Made by a program: the position numbers and the translations under genes
Notes under the pieces: generated by a model
Databases searched by the model: none
Told to the model about the DNA's origin: nothing
What the model saw: the letters and a program-made list of their open reading frames with translations, nothing else
Part shown: positions 52,169 to 64,000 of the stretch, one piece after another
How positions within the stretch are numbered: position 1 is the stretch's first letter
How the letters are laid out: each line of letters opens with the position of its first letter
Assembly: GCA_951406725.2 (NCBI GenBank)
Contig: OX597816.1
Span: forward strand, 180,854,001-180,918,000
Reading direction: 5' to 3'
DNA: 64,000 nt
Source of the DNA: Octopus vulgaris
Lineage: Eukaryota

Positions 52169-52917
52169 TTATTTATGTGTATATGCATGTATATATGTAT
52201 CTATGTATACATACGTATATGTATGAAAGTGTGTGTACACACACATATATATCTATAACTTTCTTGCACTAATTATTGTTTGTGTGTGTCTGTGTTTGTG
52301 TGTGTGTGTGTGTGCATGTGCGCATGTGTGCGTGTGTGTGTTTGTGTGTGTGTGCATATGTGTGTATGTGCGTGTGCATGTGTATGCGTGTGTGTTTGTG
52401 TGTGTACGTGTGATTAAGCTTGTTTTCAAATGTATTATTTCAGTCCTTCTGATTCACATTTTTTTTATCCAAAACCGAAACTTCGAAGTCACTGTTAATC
52501 TGCGTTTGTATAATTAAGTACAGGTTTGTGTATTCTACTTCAGAGGATTGAGAGGTCCTTCAGTTTGGTGTTGAGCTGTTTTTATATAAACAAACAGTCA
52601 TGTACATACACAGTACATACATATATATTTACATAGATGCACATGACAAATATATACACACATACATGTAAATGTATACATATGTATATATGTGTATGTA
52701 TATGTATATATACATACATTCATACCACTGACCATGTTGCCCCGTTGAACTCTGCACTTTTTCTCTCTCCATCCTTTTCATTCTCTCTCTATTTTTTTCT
52801 CTTAATCCTTTCTGTCGTAGAGCGTAAGCTCGAAACGTTAAAGACTATTCCATTTTTCCCGAGTGTAAAACTAATATACCTGTTTGTTGTTCCTACATAT
52901 GTCTTTAAATTTGAACA

Positions 52918-52968
<51 letters not shown>

Positions 52969-52981
52969 CATACATACATAC

Positions 52982-53024
<43 letters not shown>

Positions 53025-53025
<1 letters not shown>

Positions 53026-53745
53026 TAGCAGTATAACCCGGCCTTGCCCGGGATTAAGTTACGATTATTAAGCTAATCAAGTTCTTTATTTCAAACCAAA
53101 CTAAGTAATATAGACGTCAAATTTGGGCGAAATCCGTTTAAATTAGTTATATTATATATATATAATATAATATAAATATATATAGGCAACAGACACGAAC
53201 ACACATACATACACGTACGTACGTACACCTATTGCATGTTTTGTGCACGCATACATGTTCATAAACAGAAATGAATGGAAAAAATGTTGTTAAATTTGTA
53301 GATTAACACTCGCACGATTTTCGCTAAAGTATATATACTATGATTATAAAATATAGTGTCTTTCAAAAACAAAAAACAAAGCATTTTACATCTTATTTTT
53401 TATGAACGTCATAACTTACTCTCTCTGTCTCTCCCTCTCTCACTTTGTCTTTCCCGTGAAACTCTCTGCCTCCTTCTTCCACTTTTCTTTATCTTATTTT
53501 TTTTTGTTAGACGCCATCAAAAAAGCCAAGGCTGATATTTTTAGTGGCTAAAAGCTATGTCTGAAAATAGATATTTACGCTATCCACGGGTGCCTCGGGG
53601 AAAAAATAAGCTGACACAACCCAGATAGGATGTTGACAAATGTCCTCCTAAAATTTGAGCGACATTGTGCTAATTTGTGGACGTGCATAAATTACAATCA
53701 CGCACACACACACGCACACACATCCTCCCTTTTATAGATATGAGA
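53025..53745 (-). mobile_element. Non-autonomous Helitron
   Basis: The minus strand reads TCTCATATCTATAAAA...CCCGGGCAAGGCCGGG-TTATACTG-CTAG. Inserted in (AT)n. Confidence 0.85.
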
Positions 53746-54073
53746 TATATATATATATATATATATAACGGGAAGCTTTATGAAAATAGACAAAAGACGA
53801 AGGCAGGTTTACGGAAATAAACAAAAGACGAAGGCAGGTGGAATACAAACAAACGATTGTATTAGTATGGCGCTCAGGAATATAAATAAAACAAGTCTTT
53901 AACGTTTCGAGCCTACGCTCTTCAACAAAAAGATACACAGAGAAGAAACACAGAAAGAAGGAGAGAAAAAAAATGCGTGCAGAGGCTAGCGAATCAACAT
54001 ATATACACATACACACACACATATATATAAGTATGTGTATATATATGTATTTGCGTATGCATATATATATATA

Positions 54074-54830
54074 TCTTATATAATAAAACAGCGTTTGTGT
54101 GTGTGTGCGTATGTGCGCTCTCGCGTATGTTCCTTATAGATTCGAAAACTGAGTTGCCGATTTTGAGATATGAAATATTAAAAGATTCAGTAATCTTTCG
54201 GCTTCCAAACAAAATATATTTTTTCACAACCCTTTCTTACTACAAAAATAACCTCGAAAACGAAGTCAGGTAGCACAATTTTGAAGTCTTTAGCAAAGGG
54301 AAACAACTCTAGCTGAACAATCTTAAAATACATAGATATACCAGAGATATACCAGGGAATGAAACTTTGAAGGTATACCTATTTCTTTACTACCCACAAG
54401 GGGCTAAACACAGAGAGGACAAACAAGGACAGACAAACTAATTAAGTCTATTATATCGACCCCAGTGCGTTACTGGTACTTATTTAATCGACCCCGAAAG
54501 GATGAAAGGCAAAGTCGACCTCGCCAGCATTTGAACTCAGAACGTAACGGCAGACGAAATACCGATAAGCATTTCGCCCGGCGTGCTAACGATTCTGCTA
54601 GCTCACCGTCAACTTTATAAGTATTATTTAGCAGATAATCTTTTAATGTGAAGTATCTATGTTTGTCTTATGTTTTGTTTAGCCCAGAGTTGCCTCTCAT
54701 CTAGCAGACTCATCGCATAGGTTCTTTTCCCTGAAATACTGTAAATCTATGTCTTTCTTTTGATGAAAGGGTGTGTTTTAAGAGAGATTTGGTTGCTATT
54801 TGTTGTAGCTCAAGTTACCACAGACACACC

Positions 54831-54919
<89 letters not shown>

Positions 54920-55675
54920 TTTGTTGTCGTAAAAAATACTTTTTCTCAGAATATTTTACACAATAAGTTTTAAAGAAATTTGGACATCTTACTTACGGCT
55001 AACCATTCAACTTCAAATTACAACTGTTAATTGTCGGAAGTCAGGTAAACTGAGATGTACATATCCTTTTATCGTATAGAGTGGAAGTTCAATACGAAGT
55101 TTTGAACTCCCTATCGTATGGTTAGTAATCCATTACCTTAAATTTGAAGCCATTAAGTCTTTAAACATTATTTTACTGGGTTTAGCCTTTCGACAGTCGC
55201 CATGACAGGGTATCACCTTCAAAAATTTAAATGATCATACTGACCTCAGTACGTATTTCAATCTGGCATTTATTTTATAGATCTCTGCTTGAGGAACTGC
55301 TAACTTTGAGTCATAGTGGGACACAATACTCGATTTAACAAGAAATGTAATCACACACACAGACACACATGTGAGGTGCAAGAATGACTGTGTGGTTGAG
55401 TTTACTTCCCAGCCACTTCGTTCCACGTTCAGTCCCTCTGCATGGTACCTTGGGCAAGTGTTTTCTACTATAGTCCTAGGCCAACCACAGACTTGTGGCT
55501 GAATTTGGTAGACGGAAACTGTAGCATAGCATTGTTCATCAAAAAATGACCGAAAAAAACATGTTTATGAAGAACTGGTTGCTTCATACTCCTCGTCTAC
55601 CGATTCTGCTAAGAAAGACAAAAGAAGAAATTGTGGCAGTAGGTCATAACACTCGGGCAACGCCAGGGTGCATTG

Positions 55676-55679
<4 letters not shown>
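54074..55679 (+). mobile_element. Non-autonomous Helitron with nested or captured repeats
   Basis: A^TCTTATATAATAAAA start and CTCGGGCAACGCCAGG-GTGCATTG-CTAG^T end. Contains a Nin SINE at 54378-54610(-) and a CORE SINE fragment at 55374-55520(+). Confidence 0.65.
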
Positions 55680-55733
<54 letters not shown>

Positions 55734-55872
55734 AGTGTGTGTGTGTGTTTGTGTGTGAGCACCTGCATCGCTAAAAATAGAAATACTTGTGCCACGGAAT
55801 AGTCACAAAATTGATACAAACATGATAGGAAAAAATTCAAGTGAACAATAAAATCGTCTTACCTTTGCTAGG

Positions 55873-56435
<563 letters not shown>

Positions 56436-57793
56436 TACAAATATACATACATATATGCACACACTTTTCCTACATATATTTTGCTACTTCCTCAATAAAC
56501 TCGTGTGTTACAGGAATACAGGATTTCCAATCGATAAAATAATAAATTCCGAATAAAAGCGACACAAGAGAAAAATAGATTTTCTCATTAGCGTAGGATT
56601 CTGGTTGTCAATACTATTCTGTGTGTGTGTGCGTGAGCGCACGCTTGTACGCATGTTTCTACAGACATACATTTCCAGGTAAGATCAGGTAAAACTGGCT
56701 TTATATTACACATGCAACATTGCAACACTATTCCTATGAAAAGCATGGTAAAAGTGCGTGTACGTGTGTGTATACACATACCGAAATATATACATGTACA
56801 TACACGTACCTACATATACATATATATATGTATGCGTGGGCATACGCATACATATATATGTGTGTGTGTGTGTGTGTACCTGTATACTTATATTTACGTC
56901 GCTATCTAAGCGAAATCATTTTATACATATACATACACACTTATGTATATATGAGTAGATATGAGCAGATATGAGTGTGTATATGTATGTATGTATGTAT
57001 GAATGTATGTATGTATTGCGTGTGTGTGTGCGTGTGTGTCTGTATGTGTTCATGTATACTCTTACATACATTGCTATATCAAAGCAAAATCATTTTATAC
57101 ATACTTTATACACACATACATATGTATATATGTGTGTGTATTGTGTGTGTATATGTGTGTGGGGGTGTATGCATTGTGTGCGCGCGTGCGTGTGTGAGAG
57201 AGTGAGAGAGAGAGAGAGAGAGAGTATATGCATGCTCTTGCGCTAGCTTCTGTGTATAGAACTAAATGTTAGACTGGTTGGAAACGAAAACTCTGTTTAT
57301 GAGCCTTGTAGTCAATATTAAAAAACCTGTGGATCGAACAGAGCTGGAATTCTATCCTTCAACAGAAAATCACATTCTATAATTTAGTTTGTTAGTAAGC
57401 TATTAAGTTTGTGTTAAGAATGAATAAAAAAAAAAAAGCTGTGCTACGGTGTGTTAAAGGGGTAGTTGCTCACTCACAGGTTAACTGCTGTTTCAACTAA
57501 CACTGACGACTATTCTTTCACAGCATGTTAAAGATTAACTGTTGTTAACTGTTCACTCAGAACGCTGTTATAAGATTTAACTGCTGTCATGATTAACACA
57601 CTTAGCTGTTAACCATCTCATGGTTAATCAAGTTTATTTGATATTCATATGATCATTGGTGAATGCTACTTCACAACCTGTCAAATGGTTAACTCCTTTA
57701 CGCTATTACTTGTTCATTCGCAACGTGTTGAGGCTATTGTTCACGTTCACGTTTTTTACTTATTCGTTGTTTCAAGATAACTACACATATAAA

Positions 57794-57824
<31 letters not shown>

Positions 57825-58080
57825 ATTGTTAGAATAAGCTACTTATTCGAAGTTTCTAACGTACTTTAACATTTTAATTACTAAATTAGAATGTTTTTCA
57901 CAGGTTAATTGCTATTATAATTTGTTGACATGTTAATCGTCAGTTACAATGAGAATGCTGGTTGGAGGTAAACACAATTAGCAGAATAATAGGTACTTGT
58001 AACATCATAACTTGTTATTTCACATCATGTTCGATAATTAACAACATAACGTTTGAGCAGGCAACAAACAACTACTACTG

Positions 58081-58114
<34 letters not shown>

Positions 58115-59734
58115 AAGCGATTGTGTGTCCTTCCATTTGTACTTGTTACAAGTGTAATGACGGACACAATTTCAAGAAATCGTTCTTCTTAACTTTGTCT
58201 TCTATTCATATTTAAAATGTTTATATTTTAAATTTTACGACCATATTTCAGTTGATTATTTCTACGGACATCTTCCAGTTTCCAAAAATGGACACGTTGT
58301 GATTTTTGGCTTTGCTTTGATTTTGAATGTCTGCTTGAGTTTGAACGTATGTAGAAGAGGCCCGAAAAGTGGCAGACATTAGTTGCTTTTTTAACACAGG
58401 CACAAGTTTATAAAATTTTGGGGAGGAGCACAGTCGATTAGATAGATTCCAATGCATGATTTGTATTTATGTCATCGGCCTCGAACGGCTAACAGCAGAT
58501 CTAACCTGAGAGGTATTGGAGCGCAGAACTTAATAATGGTAAACCAAATACCGCCAAGGTTTTTCACCTTCTCATCATTAAACTTTTGGAAACGCTGCAA
58601 AATTATTTTTTGACGTAGATGCGTAATAATACGCCTGTAAACAAACTTCTTTTGAAAAACTTAACTAAAGAAACCATGAGAATATTGCTTGACTATGAAT
58701 TGCGAAATTTATTTAGTTGCACACATCATCTTAAATTTTGACATACCACCTGAATGCCCGTGGGGACATTCAGATTGCGTTGTCAAAATTAAAGATGACA
58801 TTTTAAATTTCTTTCATAGAAACTCATAAGTTCGTTGTAACTATTGTTGTTCACATAGTTATTTTCCCATGTTTAGTCTTCACCAAGCAGGCACAAGATT
58901 GTTTTCCAGTTGCGAACAACTTGTCTGTTAATCCTGCAATATGTCTAAAAAATCAGAATTCTGTCAAAATTAAAGACAACTTGGATTACGTCATAGAAAC
59001 TTACATTAAGTGGTAGTTGTTGTTGCTGCTGTCTTCAAGCCCTAAATCGTACAACCAAAGGCACCGAGGACTACAATTATCCAATGTGTCCATGCTTTTT
59101 AAGACGCTAGCCTGTTATTTGAAAATTATTTTCCTGCTAATTCCAGCAGTTTTGCTTGTTGGTGTCAACATTTACCTGATAAAGTCTCACAGGAACTTTG
59201 CATTCCTATTTTCTAAGACAAGAATTCCAGTTACCTACGCGCGCAAACATTATTTCGTTTTGGGGTTTATTTTGCATGATTTTTTATGTAAAAACGTGTG
59301 TTGTAACAGATGTTGTTCTGAGACAAAGAGAATAAGTTGGAGGAGCGAGGCCATGTCATTGATGAAACCGCGATAGTAATGAAAGGAATCCAACAAACCG
59401 ACCATTAATTAACTGATGGAATGATAAACAAGCAATCAATTAATTAATTGGTTAAATAGTTAACTGATAATAATAAAAGAAAGGAGAAAAAAAAACAGAA
59501 GAAAAACAGTGCATGCATTTCTTATTGGCAAGGTGACCCCTCTCCTTAAGATAAACACTCACTCACACACGGCTGAAATTGGGTAGGTAAGTGCACCTAT
59601 GTACATTTTTTCAACTGTAATGCTGAACATCCCGACAAAACGCCTTGAATTGTCAGACGTCACATTTTCCTTTTCACATGATTTGAGAATGCTTCTGTCA
59701 AAGTTCACTGACGTGAATTGTCCTTATGTTTTGC

Positions 59735-59913
59735 GGTTTTTCATCTGTCGTTACGTTCTGGGTTCAAATTCCGCCGAGGTCGACTTTACCTTTCATCCTT
59801 TCGGGGTCGATAAATAAAGTACCAGTTTCGCACTGGGGTCGATGTAATCGACTTACTCCCTTTGTCTGTCCTTGTTTGCCCCCTCTATGTTTAGCCCCTT
59901 GTGGGTAGTAAAG
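59735..59913 (+). mobile_element. Nin/Deu-domain SINE, 5'-truncated
   Basis: Reverse complement of the 11229-11463 type. Confidence 0.85.
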
Positions 59914-60002
<89 letters not shown>

Positions 60003-60265
60003 CATGTGTGTATGTGTGTGTGTTTGTATACATTCGTACACACACACACACACACAACCAGTTAGATAATTCCCAGCTTGTTTCTTCAGTGCCCAACTTT
60101 GCCACTTGTGACTCCGTTTCTACATTATTGATTTTGTTTTCCGACCTCAATATTTGATGAAACACTATTCCAAAATCACACGGAGCATTTAATGCTGCAT
60201 TAAAGAATTTTTTATATATATTTGTCTTAACTATGTATTCCCGTAATTAAGCATAGTTGTCATCA

Positions 60266-60297
<32 letters not shown>

Positions 60298-60355
60298 GTC
60301 ATCATTATTACAAATCGTCACTTCTAACGGTAATAGCTTAGTCATCGTAAACCTG

Positions 60356-60393
<38 letters not shown>

Positions 60394-60585
60394 AAGTGAT
60401 TGCATGTCCTTCGAGTTGTACTTATTGCAGATGCAATGATGGACATAATTTCAGGAAATCTTTCTTCTCAAATTTGTCTTCTATTTATATTTAAAATATA
60501 TTTTAAATGCTATTTTTAGACCCGACTCCAAGGTTGGTTCCGGCTGTGACTTAGGTGTAAAAAGAGAACACAAAAAGCATCTAAA

Positions 60586-60669
60586 CTTTAAGACAGCTGT
60601 TTCGGGAAAATGTTATTGATGTATTCATAAATAATATCATAACATGTAATTCACCATCCTCGGTTAAAA
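60586..60669 (-). ncRNA. Hammerhead motif with CCGAGGA core variant and long stem II
   Basis: TTTTAA-CCGAGGA-..ATGTTAT...ATAACAT..-GAAAC-AGCT-GTC-TTAAAG. Confidence 0.6.
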
Positions 60670-60799
60670 TTTTAAGCAGGTAAGATATTAAACAGATCAG
60701 ATTTTATACATCGAACCGGACTATACTTTGTGTGTGTGTATACATATATACGTGTGTATGTGTGTGTGTGTATATATAAGTGTCCATATACATATACAT

Positions 60800-61298
60800 A
60801 TAATAGAAATATTAAAATTATTAAGTTTCTCTAAAGGAGATTACGGCAGCGTTACTGGATATTAATAGTTATCGCCATACTAATATGGCAGTCTATAAAT
60901 ATAAGACTAAAGCTGTCGCTGATTAGCTCCAAGAGGCCATCGCCTCTAGCTAGCTATATGACACAGGAACCTTTAGAGAGACTTAATGATTTTAATATTT
61001 CTATTATTGAAAACAAGTGGATGTATTCCACCGTAACTAGGTAAATAAAATCTTCAGACGGTCAGTAGCGACACCTGCGGGTCTGACTACGCTGCATTGA
61101 TAAAGGGCAACAACCCTGAAACATGTCTGCAGATGTCTGACTAGCAAGGTGAAGCGGCTGACCTCCCCTGTTCGAAGGTTGTAATGGACGCAGGTTCGTG
61201 TGTCATATAGCTAGCTAGAGGCGATGGCCTCTTGGAGATAATCAGAGACAGCTTTAGTCTTATATTTATAGACTGCGATATTAGTATGGCGATAAATA

Positions 61299-61303
<5 letters not shown>
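60800..61303. mobile_element. Penelope-like element with two nested inverted repeats and a decayed hammerhead
   Basis: Inverted repeats 60803-60837 / 60970-61005 and 60859-60972 / 61192-61303. Hammerhead-like CTGCA-TTGATAA-AGGG..CCCT-GAAAC-AT-GTC-TGCAG at 61092-61132. Confidence 0.7.
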
Positions 61304-61365
<62 letters not shown>

Positions 61366-61429
61366 TTTATTTTGGAAGTATGTATGTATGTATGTATATA
61401 TATATGTATGTATGTATGCTTATGCATAT

Positions 61430-61622
61430 GTTTGTGTATCTGTGTTTGTCCCACCAACATCGTTTGGCAACCGATGCTGGTGCGTTTACGTCCCCGTAAC
61501 TTAGCGGTCCAGCAAAAGAGACCGATAGAATAAGTACTAGGTTTACAGAGAATAAGTCCTGGGGTCGATTTGCTCGATTAAAGGCGGTGCTCAAATGACC
61601 GAAACCAGTGAAAGAATGAAAG
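61430..61622 (+). mobile_element. CORE-type SINE 3' half
   Basis: Matches 4420-4615. Confidence 0.85.
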
Positions 61623-62364
61623 ACTATATATAAATGCCAATTTGACCTCTCCTCTTCTCATTTAATTATTCCTTTTATTATTCACTCTGAGTGCATGTGT
61701 GTGTATGCGCGTGTATGTATATATGTGTATGTATTCTGGATATGTTTAATTGCATGTTAGTGCATATAAGGCATGTGCATTATGTTCATTGTTGGATGTG
61801 CCCACTTAATATGATCATACCCCAAAGTAAACATAACAAAAACATTAATAACGACTGTGCTGCAGCTGGGCCACAGTCTTTGGCCTAGAACACGTAAAAG
61901 ATAAGTGTAACACACACACAAATATATACTAATTAAGGTTATTTCACTTTAACTTGTTTCCTCTTATAATACCGATAAGCATTTAGATACTATTTTAAAA
62001 AAATGAATAATAGCAGCGCCCTGCATGGCCTTTGGTCTGGAACATGTCATGGGTAAAAATATAACATCAACAGCTCTTTGCTATCTAAGATTATTTCATC
62101 TTAATTTAAACATCCATCGATATATCTTTTATTGCATAAATTTATAGATCTTCATATTTATGTTAAAAATTTCGATTGTGTCTGCCATTTCAACACACAA
62201 ATACAGAATAATATAAACTTTTTTCCGCCTATGCCTCTCTCTTTCTCTCAAACTTTTTAACTTCCTAATTTTTCACGGATTCCACTATTTCTGTCTCATT
62301 TTTAGCTTCTTCTTCTTCTTCTCCCCAATCTCTCTCTGTCTATATCCTTCACCATTCGAGTTAT

Positions 62365-64000
62365 TAACTCCCTTGATGTAACACACGAACAAAACAATCA
62401 GTCCATCCCCTCCTCACCGTGGCGGGGACGCTGGCAACGGGTAGTGTCAGAGCTATGCCGTCGGGAACTTCGGTTCCTGGTAGGGCCACCCAAGGCGGAT
62501 TGGTCTGACACCGAGTGGTATTAGGGCCACAACCCGCAGACGGGGCTCTAGTGAAAATCTTCGGAGTGTCTGCTTCGGCAACTGACAGGTCCCTGCGTCT
62601 GTGGACAATCTGCGGCAAACAAGATGTCTCTACATGTGGGATTGTTGGGGACCGCTTGTGAATTCCATATTCCCACGAAACTTCTATGAATTCTCAATGG
62701 CACTATTAAATACTATGGCGAATTTTCATTCGACTATTACTACCGCTGCTACTGCTACTTCAAGTACTACACAAATCTACCCAAATCCTGCTATTGCTCT
62801 TCCGCTATTTCGGCGTAGAAAGGACCTGAGAGTAGCATCCTGGAACGTCAGAACACTTCGTGACGACGGTGTCCAGGCACTTACGATGAAGGCTCTGCAC
62901 AGGTACCGCGTGTCCGTTGCTTGTCTTTCAGAAGTGCGGCTTGCGGACGTCGGCCATCTTCCGATCAAAGTCCCCGGCAAAGAATTCACCTACCATCTGT
63001 ATCACAGTGGTGTGACTGATAACAGTGGCCTCCACGGGGTGGCTATAGCGCTCAGCCCTGACGCGCAAGCGGCTTTGCTAGCGTGGCAGCCAATCTCGCA
63101 CCGACTCGCGCTGGTTCGATTGAAGGGTCAAATCTCCAACGTCAGCGTCATCGCTGTGTATGCTCCCACTCTCAATGCAGACGATGCGGACAAGATGCGG
63201 TTCTACGCAGATCTTCAGGCGGCGGTGGATGTTCCTTCCAGTGATGTTCTCATTGTTGCTGGGGACTGGAACGCTCGGACCGGACCTGCTGACGATACAA
63301 CACGGCGCATTCTGGGACGCTTTGCCCAAGGTGCTCGCTGTGACAATAGCGAACGGCTCGTGTCTTTTGCGGAGGCTAATCGTCTTAACGTCACCAACAC
63401 TCGCTTTCAGCGTCCACGACGTCATCTCAACACGTGACGTTCCAATGATGGGAGGACGGCCAATCAGATCGATCACATCCTGGTCAGATCGCGGTGGGCC
63501 AGCTCGGTGATGGACTCTCGGGAGTTCCGGGGGGGGGGGGGCTGACACGGGCAGTGAGCATGGATCAGACCATTCTCTTGTTCGGGCGACCCTTCGTCTC
63601 AGGCTGCAGGCGAGACCTCCTCCTACGCGTCAAAAGAGAATTGATGTCTCGCGTCTCAAACTCGAGGCTGGGAACCATTTTCGGCTTCAGCTCAGAAACC
63701 GATTCCTAGTGCTTGGCGACGAGTTGGTTCAACAACAGGAGCAGGAATGGAGCGCACTCAAGGTGGCCGGGAAGCATCTTGGGTCCACCAGACGGCGCCA
63801 TCGGGACTGAATCTCCGGCGACACTCTTGAACTCGCTGAGAGGGCGAGAGTGGCTCGACTGGAGGGTGCACCAAATTTTCGAGATCTGCGACGACATGCC
63901 TCGAGGGCCATCCGGGCCGATCGGAATGCACACTGGCGTGCATTCGCAGAGCAGATGGAGGGGGCAGCAGCCTGTGGTGACTCGCGCTAACTCTACCAGC
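62365..64000 (+). pseudogene. RTE LINE 5' UTR plus APE endonuclease, running off the window end
   Basis: Motifs LRVASWNVRTL, CLSEVR, VIAVYAPT, IVAGDWNARTG, then T*RSNDGRTANQIDHIL and GSDHSLVRATLRLRL. Premature TGA at 63435-63437 and a frameshift at the G-run. The 5' UTR has a BovB-like GAGCTATGCC..AGGGCCACCCAAGGCGG motif. Confidence 0.92.

Noticed and set aside
59533-59592. Possible host exon ending in AG/GTAAGT
   Set aside because: No convincing acceptor or coding signal, and such a motif is expected by chance in 64 kb.
62398-62470. HDV-like ribozyme in the RTE 5' UTR (TCCTCAC resembles loop L3)
   Set aside because: P1, P3 and J4/2 could not be built consistently by eye.
63435-63437. In-frame TGA as selenocysteine or readthrough
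   Set aside because: It replaces the usual Trp of the APE TW motif and further frameshifts and stops follow, so it is simple decay. The Cys codons in the GIY-YIG frame at 38992 are also ordinary TGC/TGT.

Overview
AT-rich eukaryotic DNA dominated by repeats, with no recognisable host protein-coding exon. Most predicted ORFs are read-throughs of microsatellites. The mix of tRNA-derived SINEs (CORE-, Nin/Deu- and Meta-domain types) and dense (AT)n/(ATT)n/(TATG)n tracts looks like an octopus or other coleoid cephalopod genome (inference). Supported mobile elements: RTE-type LINE relics, a CR1/Jockey-type RT relic, an ORF1-only non-LTR relic, a decayed Ty3/gypsy pol, a complete non-coding LTR element (607-bp LTRs, GTAC TSD, tRNA-Trp PBS, PPT) nested in a Tigger/pogo relic, several Tc1/mariner relics, four non-autonomous Helitrons and MITEs. 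There are also three tandem arrays and a Penelope-type GIY-YIG fragment. The most interesting signal is a dense, diverse set of short non-coding elements, mostly microsatellite-embedded and often fold-back, that carry type I hammerhead ribozyme folds; one has a tRNA-like head joined to a hammerhead tail. All calls were made by eye, and boundaries of decayed elements are approximate.
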